64,000 bases of DNA from sequence record NC_070957.1. The stretch is one strand, 5' to 3'. Both the position numbers and the translations under genes were made by a program. Within the stretch, counting starts at the first letter, position 1. Each line of letters starts with the position of its first letter. This document shows, in pieces, positions 38,560 through 48,538 of this stretch. Below the pieces are notes generated by a model, which ran no database searches, was not told where the DNA came from, and saw nothing but the letters and a program-made list of their open reading frames with translations.

Positions 38560-39045
38560 ATGAAATTTGGTTATTCAAAGTTGATGTTGGATCTTGGATC
38601 AGCATCCAGAATCCGCAAAGCGGCCATGAAGGTCATCGAAGGGACCGAGAAAGAAAAGGACCAAGCAGTCCTCGACGTAATCAACATCCCTGCAACTGAA
38701 CTCCACGCCACACTGATGTATGACAAACGTAATCCGGATATCATTCCGGATACCAACCGTGCATCATATAAGGCAAAGGTAACCGGTGTTGAACGTCTGG
38801 GTACGCCAGGTGGTAACTACTACGCCCTGGTACTGCTTTGCGAGTCAGAAGGGATTACAAAACGTCACGAAGAACTTCTCGAACAAGGTTTCAAGCATAG
38901 CTGGCCTGACCTGAAGATTCACGTTTCACTCAACTATGGTGACCAGGTTACCGTTGCGTACCCCATTATCAAGGAAGCCTTCGAGAAGGGTTATCTCCCT
39001 ACCGAAGTGACCTTGGGTGCCGAGTGCTGGAACGAGTGTCGTTAA
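38560..39045 (+). CDS. acb1: Acb1-like 2H phosphoesterase (anti-CBASS nuclease)
   Basis: Two 2H motifs LHATLMY and IHVSLNY; LVL...S..I..RH....G.KH.W segment parallels T4 Acb1 (gp57B). Confidence 0.78.
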   Translation: MKFGYSKLMLDLGSASRIRKAAMKVIEGTEKEKDQAVLDVINIPATELHATLMYDKRNPDIIPDTNRASYKAKVTGVERLGTPGGNYYALVLLCESEGITKRHEELLEQGFKHSWPDLKIHVSLNYGDQVTVAYPIIKEAFEKGYLPTEVTLGAECWNECR

Positions 39046-39117
39046 GATGGAAGAAGTTTCAGGCATATATTACCTAAGTGATAACATAACCATGTTTAAC
39101 AATTAGAGGTAACTACC

Positions 39118-39267
39118 ATGTTTGAAGCAATGTCCAACTCCCAAGCTTTCGGTTTCGCTTTCTTCGGTGCTATCGGCGTAATCGCTGTTATCGCTATCGG
39201 TGCCAATGAATACTTCAAAGCCAAGAAAGCTCTGAAGCGTCCGATGGCTACTCGCAACAAGCGTTGA
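39118..39267 (+). CDS. 49-aa single-pass membrane microprotein (not in ORF track)
   Basis: GAGGT SD; TATATTAC promoter at 39066; terminator 39273-39295. Confidence 0.7.
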   Translation: MFEAMSNSQAFGFAFFGAIGVIAVIAIGANEYFKAKKALKRPMATRNKR

Positions 39268-39332
39268 TATCAACCCTCTCCCAATGGGAGAGGGTAGTTT
39301 CAATTACATTTATTTTTTTTGTCGAGGTTCAT

Positions 39333-39746
39333 ATGGCAAATGGTTGCTGTGCAACAATGTCCACTGTGGGTTATCTCTACGAACCGCTGGCTCAAATCGA
39401 CAGGTTAATCGCTTGGTGGTTTGCTAATCGGATCGATCAGTCAGTGATACTCACTGATATTCAATCTTACCAATACGTTGTCGCAAGTCATCAGAACGAT
39501 TTCCGTATTGATGAGTTCCTGCAAGATGTTCAACGTAATCTTCAATCCTACCTCATGGAATGCTTCGAGGGTGCTGAAGTTAAAGCAACCGCCCCTAATT
39601 ATGAGGAAGGTGGAAAGATGTTCCATCTCCACATCAGTGGGGTAGTAGAACGTAACGGAGTTCGCTATGATGTAGCAAGTGCAGTTGCACTTAGCGGTAA
39701 AACCTTCGAACTTGTTGAAAACGGGAGAAAGAGAATTGCAAGATAA
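39333..39746 (+). CDS. Conserved phiKZ-like hypothetical protein
   Basis: GAGGT SD; core-block position. Confidence 0.7.
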   Translation: MANGCCATMSTVGYLYEPLAQIDRLIAWWFANRIDQSVILTDIQSYQYVVASHQNDFRIDEFLQDVQRNLQSYLMECFEGAEVKATAPNYEEGGKMFHLHISGVVERNGVRYDVASAVALSGKTFELVENGRKRIAR

Positions 39747-40536
39747 ATATGACGTAAAGGGAGAACTGGAAGGTATCCAGGATAAACTCTCTCATGGTAA
39801 ACTGCTCGACATTGGTGAAGGGTCATTTAAGATCGCTGAAATCAATGGTCGTGATTTCATTCAAACTCCGGATGGCGAGTTCCTGGAACACGTTGTGATG
39901 GAAGAGAAGTATTTCGTTGAAAACTGGCTGGCTCAGTTCGCTCTGGGTTGGGTTGGTGACAAGTGCTACTTCGATTTCAATGCCTGGGGAAAGATGACTA
40001 TCGGGCATACTCGCGGTGTCATCATCGTTGACGAGGATGGTCAATACGTTCTCGACATCCCCAAGTTCTCCCAAGCAATGCTTCCCGCTGAAGCTAAAGC
40101 TGTTCTGAATCAGTGTGCTACCAACGCCGGGGTGGCGAACCTCATTCCCGACGAATCCGAAAAGACTCGTTTGATCAACACTTTGGCTGAACAAGCCAAG
40201 ATGATCTCCGAGATCGCTGAAGGTCAGGACCCTCTGGACATCACCAAGATCATTCCTACCGAGTACTTTGCTCGTCATGGCCTGAACAACCTGGTGATGT
40301 ACGACACCATCCTGATTCGTGATCGCTACGGCGTGAAGAACGATGACGACGTGGCGCGGATCGAAAAGATCTTGACTCAATGGACCACTGAGCGCAAAGC
40401 CAGTAAAGAAGATAAAGCGTTCATCGTCGAGATCACCAAGGGTGATTTTATTTTCGACACCGAGGAGGATATGGTAGAACAAGTATCTTCCAATATTGTT
40501 GAAGATGACACCGATTTCGATCCACTCGCAAGTTAA
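39736..40536 (+). CDS. Conserved phiKZ-like hypothetical protein
   Basis: GGGAG SD with TTG start; acidic C-terminus. Confidence 0.7.
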   Translation: MQDKYDVKGELEGIQDKLSHGKLLDIGEGSFKIAEINGRDFIQTPDGEFLEHVVMEEKYFVENWLAQFALGWVGDKCYFDFNAWGKMTIGHTRGVIIVDEDGQYVLDIPKFSQAMLPAEAKAVLNQCATNAGVANLIPDESEKTRLINTLAEQAKMISEIAEGQDPLDITKIIPTEYFARHGLNNLVMYDTILIRDRYGVKNDDDVARIEKILTQWTTERKASKEDKAFIVEITKGDFIFDTEEDMVEQVSSNIVEDDTDFDPLAS

Positions 40537-40548
40537 CAATAATAGCGG

Positions 40549-41712
40549 GTGATCTCTAGGAGATTAATAGTGAATCCGTCACCAATTTATAAGGCGCTGT
40601 GGTGTTCAGACCAACACACCTTACACCCGCATACCCACACCAGACATATCTTAGATAACTTGAGTGTCTTTTATTATAAAGACAGCAACTTAGATGAGAT
40701 ATCTCACATCGTCTGGGGTGGGGACTTCTTCCATGACCTGTGCGAGTCCAACGATCCCAACATGATCCTGGTTCAGCGATGGGTCAAAAACTTTTTGGCA
40801 ATCTGTCATGAGAAACGTATTCATGTCCGTATTCTGGAGGGGACCTCTTCTCACGACTGGGGAATGCCGGAAACCCTAGACATATTGAAACCGAAAGACT
40901 CCCCGTATATAAAGTACGTCAAGGAGCTTTCCATCGAGTTCATTCCTGAACTTGGTATCAACGTTCTTTACGTCCCGGATAACTTCGGGAAGATAGCATC
41001 TGAGACTATCTACGACAGAACAATCGAGTTGATGGCTAACAAGGGTTTAACCCAAGTTGACTTTATCTACCTCCACGGTGGTTTCAAGTTCCAACTTCCG
41101 CCTATCGCCGATAAACACGGAACATTGTACGATGAGGACAAATGGAGTAAGTTGGCTAGTAAAGCAATCTTCTCCGGCCACATCCACAAACCAGGTAGAA
41201 AACACAACATCTACTGTTCCGGTTCTTTCGATCGTATCGCATTTGGTGAAATGCACCCGAAAGGTGCGTACCGTTTCGAGTTCGGTAAAGATCACTTCAA
41301 AGCCGAGTTCTATGAAAACACCAGGGCTCAGATCTATGACAAAATCATGATCACTCCGGAGATGGAATCACTCGAGCTTTCCATGAAACTCGAGAAATAC
41401 ATTGACGAAAACAATCCGCCAGCCAGGACTCATATCCGAGTGTGTGGTGGTGATTCCAGTGTAGTGATTCCAGTGGTAGCCAGTTTCAGGGAAAAGTTTC
41501 CAAAGTACATTTTCGATTACGAGAATGCTAAGGAAGATAATGTCGAGATCGATGACACTCTGTACACTCCCGAAGCTTATAAAGCTATCACCTTAACAGC
41601 AGACAACCTGGAAGATAACCTTCTTAACTTCATGGCACCAACACTCCATGAGAATGATTGGGTTGACCAGGAACTGTTGAAAGAACTTCTACGAGAGGTG
41701 ATCAATGAATAA
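40549..41712 (+). CDS. SbcD/Mre11-like metallophosphoesterase nuclease
   Basis: SDQH, GGDFFH, LEGTSSHD, YLHG, SGHIH, GSFDR motifs. Confidence 0.85.
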   Translation: MISRRLIVNPSPIYKALWCSDQHTLHPHTHTRHILDNLSVFYYKDSNLDEISHIVWGGDFFHDLCESNDPNMILVQRWVKNFLAICHEKRIHVRILEGTSSHDWGMPETLDILKPKDSPYIKYVKELSIEFIPELGINVLYVPDNFGKIASETIYDRTIELMANKGLTQVDFIYLHGGFKFQLPPIADKHGTLYDEDKWSKLASKAIFSGHIHKPGRKHNIYCSGSFDRIAFGEMHPKGAYRFEFGKDHFKAEFYENTRAQIYDKIMITPEMESLELSMKLEKYIDENNPPARTHIRVCGGDSSVVIPVVASFREKFPKYIFDYENAKEDNVEIDDTLYTPEAYKAITLTADNLEDNLLNFMAPTLHENDWVDQELLKELLREVINE

Positions 41713-42511
41713 CAGAACGTTGGGAACACTTCCGATAAGTGTCGGAACTTCCATTGCAATAGAGGGGCTTGCAAACGCCCCTATGCATCGTTACCAGTCT
41801 TTCCTGATCAACATACGGACTATTGTTCGGAACGCTCGTGAAGCGTTTGATGAGCTACCTAACGAAGATGATCTCTTCGAGGCGGCAAAGGAAGACATGA
41901 TCCAAATAGCGACAGCTATAGCCGGGATGAAACTGAAAACCATTTTGGATATGAAGTTCTACTACCCGACCTATAATTCGTTACCACGACTTTTCCCAAT
42001 GGCAAAACTCAAACCAACTGATCCTAGCAAGATGCTGCTCCCTCGTGAACAGAACTTGAAGATCAGGACGATCCTGGACAATAAGGTATATCGTAAACTT
42101 CTCAGTGAGTTTAACAAGCTTATTGTACAGATAGATTCGTATCTCCCACAATTTGGTGGGGATGGTTTGATCATCACTCATCACCCTGTTGATCTGGTAT
42201 TGACAGAAAGTTACCACCGTCTCCATCTGTTAGAAAGCCACACTGGTACCATCAAGAACTACACGATGTTGACCACCAAGCTGACTGGCGGTGACACCAT
42301 GCCTAACATGCCGTTGAACAAACTGACCATTCAGATCTTCGGCGATAAAGCAGTCAATTTTCTGTCACAGAACCAAGGTGTTAAGAAAGAGATCAAGGAA
42401 TTAGCCAACAGCGTTCCCTGGAGTTCTGCCTCAACCCATAGTTTCGTTGCAATGTCTATTCGGAAGTTGAAAGCCTCCCCCGAAAAAGACATCCTCATCA
42501 AAATGATTTAA
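41705..42511 (+). CDS. Conserved phiKZ-like nuclease-like protein
   Basis: G.LPISVGTS.AIE, INIRTIVRN, THHPVDL, LLESHTG motifs; follows SbcD-like gene. Confidence 0.6.
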   Translation: MNNRTLGTLPISVGTSIAIEGLANAPMHRYQSFLINIRTIVRNAREAFDELPNEDDLFEAAKEDMIQIATAIAGMKLKTILDMKFYYPTYNSLPRLFPMAKLKPTDPSKMLLPREQNLKIRTILDNKVYRKLLSEFNKLIVQIDSYLPQFGGDGLIITHHPVDLVLTESYHRLHLLESHTGTIKNYTMLTTKLTGGDTMPNMPLNKLTIQIFGDKAVNFLSQNQGVKKEIKELANSVPWSSASTHSFVAMSIRKLKASPEKDILIKMI

Positions 42512-42525
42512 TTAGGAGAAATAAC

Positions 42526-43284
42526 ATGTCCCAACAACAAGGTCAATTCCAGCGTCGTCCCGACACCATGTTCAACGACTTCCGCTACCCGATGCCTCAG
42601 ACCCGTGAGCCGGTAGACGGTGCCAAGTTCCCTGCCCGTTGGGTTTGGGATTTCGGTCTGGACGGGAAGGTCAAGTTCAAGGTCAACGACGGTATCTTCG
42701 GTCAACAGGACAAGAACAGCAAGCTCAAAGAAGTTGAGCTGGGTGCGATGGACCGGAACTCCATTCTCAACCTGATCATGAACGCCATCGAAGACCCCAA
42801 CTTCACCAAGGCCCAGTACCATGTGAAGAAGAAGGTATTCGGTCAAGGTGGTCGTATGAACGATCAGCCGTCTACCCTGGGTACTTTCACCATCATCCGT
42901 ACCAGCGAAGGCAAGATCGCCGTTGGTTATACCAAGGGTACCTACAAGGTCATGTTCGAGTTCAACGGCCCCAACGACTCCATCGTTGTGTTGAGCAAAG
43001 ACGGTCAAAGCTACGAAGACCACGGTCTGATGTCTCGCGTTTACGCCAAGGCGTTCGTCGAGTTCAGTCGCAAGTTCCTGGACCAGTTCGAGTGGGACAA
43101 CTTCAAGCCCCGTGAGCGCAAAGAGAACAATGGCGGTGGTAACCGCGGTGGTGGCAACAACAACTGGGGCAACCGTAACGGTGGCAACGGTGGTGGCGGT
43201 AATAACAACTACAACGGTGGTGGTAACGGTGGCGGTGGTAACCGTCAAGCACCTGCCGACTTCGATGATGACATCGACTTCTAA
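42526..43284 (+). CDS. chmC: ChmC-like nucleic-acid-binding protein
   Basis: Gene order (before gp68-like and PicA-like genes); long G/N/R-rich disordered tail ending in acidic DFDDDIDF. Confidence 0.65.
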   Translation: MSQQQGQFQRRPDTMFNDFRYPMPQTREPVDGAKFPARWVWDFGLDGKVKFKVNDGIFGQQDKNSKLKEVELGAMDRNSILNLIMNAIEDPNFTKAQYHVKKKVFGQGGRMNDQPSTLGTFTIIRTSEGKIAVGYTKGTYKVMFEFNGPNDSIVVLSKDGQSYEDHGLMSRVYAKAFVEFSRKFLDQFEWDNFKPRERKENNGGGNRGGGNNNWGNRNGGNGGGGNNNYNGGGNGGGGNRQAPADFDDDIDF

Positions 43285-43387
43285 CACGTTTAATAAAGAG
43301 CGAGAACTTCGGTTCTCGCTCTAAACTTTTTGCTGTTCTATAAATTAATAGACAGATATTATTAGCGTGTAATCCGTAGGAGGTATT

Positions 43388-44989
43388 ATGCTTTACTCAA
43401 TCAAGATGAGTGGTAAAAGGAAGATAGAAGGAATCGTTGTTAGTCATAATGGCGAAGAAATCGAATTCCGTGGAACCCAAAACGTTAACGGTGGTGACGC
43501 GAACCAACCGTTGTACGAATTCCTCAATAGCTTCTTCGAGAGTGTCCATGCGCACAAACTGGACCAACTCTGGGGTTGCCTGAAAGCAGCAAAACGTATC
43601 CTGGAACCAGGGTATTTCGAAGGAGAAGAAGAAACTCGTGAACTCGAAGAGTTGCGAGCGAACACTGACAACTATGAATTCCTGGTATCCAAGTTGTCCG
43701 GGATCTTCAAGCAGATCTACTCCATCATTCCACCAGGTGATATCGCCTACGCCGCAAGTGTAGAGAAACGCGATGAACCGCCACGCGACCTGATGCAGGT
43801 TGCTTCGACCGGACGGTATCCTGAAGAGACCACCATCACTCCCGACAAATATCGTGAGTTGGTACGACTCTCCTTTGCCATCCAACTCAGCTTCCCGATC
43901 ATGAACCAGTTCCTGGACAACATCGTGAAGAAGACTGGTAAGGAATATCAGTACGCACCAGCGGGCGACATCATCACCAGTTTCCCAGCTGTGATCGATA
44001 TGCCCGGTTGGCGAGTTCTGGAAACCTATATCAGGGCATCCTGTCAACGTCAAGAAAGCAAACGTAACTCAATGGAAGTAGTTTCCAATGATCGTTATGT
44101 TACCAACATCATTTTCCGTGGTGTCTTTGGTAAGCTGGCATTGTCTTTCATCCCGAGCCTGGACAGGGATAAGAACCTGTCTAAGCAACTCAACAGTCTG
44201 GTAGAAGGCGAAGTGCGCAAAGAACAATCCACGCGCTTCACTAGCTATACCGACAACAAACCTGGTTCCGATGATCAGTCCATCCCGGAAAGTTATCGGA
44301 TTTGCCAGAACGTTAACGGAACCGAGGAGTTGGCTCAGGCCGAGTTCTTCAGTTTCGGGATGTTCGACGAAGAGGAGAATCCGCGGTACACCAACTTCTT
44401 CTACTATCAGTGCCAGGCCCTGGGGATCAAGAATCAGGAACTCGCTGAACGGGTATTCAACTGTATCCCGACAGTGACCAATCTCCATCTGACCAAGATT
44501 CAGTTGAAGTTGTTGCAACTGGTATATAAAGAAGACATCGGAATGTATCTGGTTCCGGCGTTGGATTATCGCCAGTACACTGCGGCAATCGCCCTGGCAC
44601 AAGTTCGTTTGTACGAAATGGGATATGAGTATCTTGCGCAACTGTGCGGGATCATGCGTAATCCAGAATTGCCGATCACCTACATGAACGACGAATTCAA
44701 GCTCAACACCAAGGAGCGAGATCAGTTGGTAGCGTTGTGTGATCTTTACGACGGTCAATCGGATGCGTCCACTGATAACCTCATGGTTATCGCCGCCCAG
44801 GAAATGCTGGATGAACTGGGTAATTCTGGTTGGGAAAGTAACATCGAACCTGGGTTGTTTAGCAACCAAGAGTTCATTGACCACATGTCTGCTGGTGATA
44901 CTTATGAAGTCTCACTGGTTCCGCAAATCAAGACTGAACTGTTGGAATTCATCGTACTGATGAACACCGCAGAAACCACCGAACAATAA
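43388..44989 (+). CDS. nvRNAP promoter-specificity subunit (phiKZ gp68-like)
   Basis: 533 aa, gene order, own promoter motif at 43354. Confidence 0.65.
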   Translation: MLYSIKMSGKRKIEGIVVSHNGEEIEFRGTQNVNGGDANQPLYEFLNSFFESVHAHKLDQLWGCLKAAKRILEPGYFEGEEETRELEELRANTDNYEFLVSKLSGIFKQIYSIIPPGDIAYAASVEKRDEPPRDLMQVASTGRYPEETTITPDKYRELVRLSFAIQLSFPIMNQFLDNIVKKTGKEYQYAPAGDIITSFPAVIDMPGWRVLETYIRASCQRQESKRNSMEVVSNDRYVTNIIFRGVFGKLALSFIPSLDRDKNLSKQLNSLVEGEVRKEQSTRFTSYTDNKPGSDDQSIPESYRICQNVNGTEELAQAEFFSFGMFDEEENPRYTNFFYYQCQALGIKNQELAERVFNCIPTVTNLHLTKIQLKLLQLVYKEDIGMYLVPALDYRQYTAAIALAQVRLYEMGYEYLAQLCGIMRNPELPITYMNDEFKLNTKERDQLVALCDLYDGQSDASTDNLMVIAAQEMLDELGNSGWESNIEPGLFSNQEFIDHMSAGDTYEVSLVPQIKTELLEFIVLMNTAETTEQ

Positions 44990-45012
44990 ACAAGTAAATA
45001 GAGGAAATAACA

Positions 45013-46536
45013 ATGCTGCAACTGATCGAAGTTAAATGTGGTCTGACCAACTTCTACCCGGACCAGGTAATCCGTAACAACGAGATGAATCTCAATAATG
45101 AGATCATCAACGACATGGTTCGTGAAAACTTGTCTGGTGGTGTCACTCCGTCCACTCTGCTTCATGGTGCTGCACTTTGTGGTGGGCTCAGTGCGCAAGC
45201 GACTGACTGGGGTCAGATTTATGGTGGCTGGAATGACTCCAAGGGCTTGATGCTCATGAAGTTCGTCCAGGAAGGTAACAACCCGGTGATGGTAGAATAT
45301 GTCCACGTGATGGGCTATATCCACAGCAACAACAGTCAAGGTCTGGATCGTAACGCGATCTTCGTACCTCAGTACAGTTGGCGTACCACCGAGCGTGTGA
45401 CCGCTGGTGCCACTTTCGACATGGCAACCAACATCAAGCGCACCCTCTCTCACCGTACCGACTACCTGATCAACGACACCTATCGCCAAGAAGAAATCGT
45501 GACCCTCCGTCCTACCGACGTCCTGGACGGTGCTTCCAACCTGATGTGTCGTGAAGACACCATGCGTCTGATGGAACAAGAAGGGCTCGAATCCTTCGAC
45601 CCGCAGACCATCGTGGCCGGTTCCTCTGTGAAACGGGTTGGTGTGGTACCTTCCACTCGTTCCAACCTGAACCCGTCAGCTTACGCCACTGAATGTCTTG
45701 GTGGTGCACTGACCATCCAGAACAACACTCGGAACTACCAACCTGGTTGGAATGGTACCGAGATGTCCGGTAACTGGAACACCGTGGCGGAAATTGGCGC
45801 AGAGATGCGTGGTCGTGAACCGCTGTTGACCCAGGATGAGTTCTTCCGTGATGTACGGACTCACTCCGGTGCTGTGGTGGATAACGGGTTCGGCGGTTTC
45901 AGCATTGGTGATCTGGAAGTCACCTACCCCAACTTCGAAGAAGTGTTGGACCTGACACTGTATGACGCAGAAATGTATCAGCAGTTCAACTACACCGAAA
46001 CTTCCGAAGCGATGGGTACCAGTCAGCTCGGCGAGTTCGTCTCCCAGGAAATCATGATGAATATCATGGACCTGATGGCGAAGAACGACCTGGCAGCGAT
46101 CAAGCTCCGTGGTTCCAACTGCGACTACCAAAACGGTGATGGTCATCTGTCCAATGTGAACATCATTCCTTACGACGGTGTTTCCCTGAAAGACGACGAC
46201 TTCAACCTGGGTTACAACATGAAGCAACTGGTGGCCAGCCTGACCACGCAGATCTTCGTAAAACTCAACGGTGTCAATCCCAGTAACCTGGTTCCGCTCC
46301 GCTTCTCCATCGAAGCAGAACTGATGGGTACTTGTAACGTAAGTGTCCAGATCGTGGATATGAACAACGCATCCCAACACTTCGATATGGCCGAGAGCGG
46401 TAACATCGTTGGCATGGTGAACCGTTCCTTCCCGACCTTCGCAATCAACAACTACAGCTCCATCATCGGGACCTCCGATACAGCTCTCCAAGGAAGCCAA
46501 AACTTCCTGAACAACGTCTCCAGCTATTTCAATTAA
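45013..46536 (+). CDS. picA: PicA-like nuclear import factor (phiKZ gp69-like)
   Basis: Gene order; I..GW.....L.M.K.V...., LRP.DV, NPSAY motifs. Confidence 0.6.
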   Translation: MLQLIEVKCGLTNFYPDQVIRNNEMNLNNEIINDMVRENLSGGVTPSTLLHGAALCGGLSAQATDWGQIYGGWNDSKGLMLMKFVQEGNNPVMVEYVHVMGYIHSNNSQGLDRNAIFVPQYSWRTTERVTAGATFDMATNIKRTLSHRTDYLINDTYRQEEIVTLRPTDVLDGASNLMCREDTMRLMEQEGLESFDPQTIVAGSSVKRVGVVPSTRSNLNPSAYATECLGGALTIQNNTRNYQPGWNGTEMSGNWNTVAEIGAEMRGREPLLTQDEFFRDVRTHSGAVVDNGFGGFSIGDLEVTYPNFEEVLDLTLYDAEMYQQFNYTETSEAMGTSQLGEFVSQEIMMNIMDLMAKNDLAAIKLRGSNCDYQNGDGHLSNVNIIPYDGVSLKDDDFNLGYNMKQLVASLTTQIFVKLNGVNPSNLVPLRFSIEAELMGTCNVSVQIVDMNNASQHFDMAESGNIVGMVNRSFPTFAINNYSSIIGTSDTALQGSQNFLNNVSSYFN

Positions 46537-46540
46537 GGAA

Positions 46541-48055
46541 ATGACAATGAACCAACTGAACAAAATCTACGTAGCGGTCAACAAATCCCTCAACGTGGAG
46601 TTTGACGAGAACTATGCCATGTTCCTGAACATGGGTGGTGCCAAGCATCCGGTAAAGGTTGACGACAAACAAGTCTACCTGGGTGAAAGCGAAGTGCTGA
46701 ACGGCGTCACCATCGGTAAGGTGATCTTCCACCCGGCCTGTGAATCCATCATGTCGAAGGAAACCGAGATCTTCAAGGTTATCCGGAAACTGACTGCCGC
46801 TCGCCTCTATCAAGTCGTGCAGCCGGTTGCACAAGTCATCTTCGCCGTGGCCGGTAAGAAGTCCGGTAAGACCCTGAACGGTAAACTGGTGGAGTTCCTG
46901 GCTCCTTTCAAGGCTGCCAGTAAGGAAGTGAAGGATGATGTACTGGCGTTGATCCAGGATATCGGTATCACTCTGGATGGCGCCGGTATCGATAACCGGA
47001 TGATCACTTTCAACATGGTGAAGGGTGGTAAGGATGCTGATGGCAACCACATCTATTACACCACCACTCCGAGCTATCCGTACTACAACGAAGTCGTCAA
47101 GTTCATGTCGCAGAACGCCGGCAAGAAACCTGGTGACAGGGTTGTGTTCAACAAGACCAAGGTTGACTACGCAGCACTGCTGTTGGTTGTCGCCATGTTC
47201 GAGTTGGTCTTCCCGTCGGTAACTGATCCGTCCTGCCATGCTGCCAGTGTCACCACTGCCGACTGTGCTCGACTGATCTCCTTCTTCCAGTCCTACGCAC
47301 TGGTCGCATCCGAAGTGAACGCTTTCATCGGTAAGTTCCGTAAGGAATTCGATGCTATCGGGATCTACGGTATCGATCTGAGCTGGCTGGGTGATCTGGA
47401 AACCATCGGTGAACTGAAAGACCTGATTCCGTCCATGCCGTACAACAACTACAACACCAGTTCTCCGGCCAAGGAAGCTGCTGCTGATCCGTACGCAGCA
47501 CTGCTGAACACCAACCGGCAAGTGATCGCACCGACTGTGACCAACACCACCACCCAGACTCAACAGTCAACAACTGGTCAACCGCCAGCCCCTGCCTGTA
47601 AGCCTGGTGAAGCACTGATGAGCTGCGAGTTGATCCCGAGCAACGGTCTGTACGAGTTCAAGTACAGTACCGCGACCGGTATGATTCGTATCGTCACCAC
47701 TGCTGAAGATGGTCGGATCCAAACCGAGTCCTACACTTCTCCGCAAGCTCTGGCTGCCAAAGCCCAGATGCAAGCAATGAAGGAAGCCGCTCTGGGGATG
47801 GGTCTGATGATGCCAGGGATGATGCAACCGGTACCCCAGTTCGATGCGTGGGGTAATCCGATTCGCCGTCCTACCGGTATCTTCGGTCAAGTACCTCCTG
47901 GTTACTTCCGTGACTCCATGACCGGCCAACTGGTACCTGTCCAACAGGGTCACCAGCAACAAGGTGGTCTGGGTACTCAGGATGCCTGGGGAACTGGTCA
48001 ACAGCAAGTTCCTTACCAGGATAACTTCTACGGTGGTTACACCAACTTCCAGTAA
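46541..48055 (+). CDS. Conserved core protein (phiKZ gp70-like) with Q/P/G-rich tail
   Basis: Gene order; FHPACES motif. Confidence 0.6.
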   Translation: MTMNQLNKIYVAVNKSLNVEFDENYAMFLNMGGAKHPVKVDDKQVYLGESEVLNGVTIGKVIFHPACESIMSKETEIFKVIRKLTAARLYQVVQPVAQVIFAVAGKKSGKTLNGKLVEFLAPFKAASKEVKDDVLALIQDIGITLDGAGIDNRMITFNMVKGGKDADGNHIYYTTTPSYPYYNEVVKFMSQNAGKKPGDRVVFNKTKVDYAALLLVVAMFELVFPSVTDPSCHAASVTTADCARLISFFQSYALVASEVNAFIGKFRKEFDAIGIYGIDLSWLGDLETIGELKDLIPSMPYNNYNTSSPAKEAAADPYAALLNTNRQVIAPTVTNTTTQTQQSTTGQPPAPACKPGEALMSCELIPSNGLYEFKYSTATGMIRIVTTAEDGRIQTESYTSPQALAAKAQMQAMKEAALGMGLMMPGMMQPVPQFDAWGNPIRRPTGIFGQVPPGYFRDSMTGQLVPVQQGHQQQGGLGTQDAWGTGQQQVPYQDNFYGGYTNFQ

Positions 48056-48114
48056 GACAATAAAAGCCAGGGAACCCGTGAGGGTTCCCTGGCTCTTTAT
48101 ATACTTATTTTTTT

Positions 48115-48456
48115 TTATTCCCGTTGTACGCGGTTAGTCTGCGTGATCATCAGCAAGTCTTCACGAGTGATCATCTTGATTTCAGAGAGATGACTGAAGT
48201 CTGCTGTTGGATCGTCGATATCGTTGATGAACCCAATAACCCACATCATGTCTTCGGCGACTCGTTCGGTTATTGTTCCTGCACCGTACTCCCTAAGGAA
48301 CTTATAGAAGTTATGACGATAGGCAAACTTCTTACCTATGTCAACAATGGGAACACTACTAGCTCTCGCTTGTAATATTTCTTTACAAGACCTGACTATT
48401 ACTTTGAATTCCTCAGTGTAGAAGTAATCATTCCCACTGGCGATACGTAAAGGCAT
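48115..48456 (-). CDS. Conserved small hypothetical protein
   Basis: AAGGAG SD; opposite strand, before RNAP beta gene. Confidence 0.7.
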   Translation of the reverse strand: MPLRIASGNDYFYTEEFKVIVRSCKEILQARASSVPIVDIGKKFAYRHNFYKFLREYGAGTITERVAEDMMWVIGFINDIDDPTADFSHLSEIKMITREDLLMITQTNRVQRE

Positions 48457-48538
48457 AACGACTCCTTTAAAATAATTCCCCTATATCTTTTCAACCAGAT
48501 ATTATCTAGTTGTTACACACAAGAAGGGTAATCAGAAA

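Noticed and set aside
43129-43245. GGT/AAC-rich tandem repeat
   Set aside because: Encodes the Gly/Asn low-complexity tail of the ChmC-like protein; not a separate DNA element.
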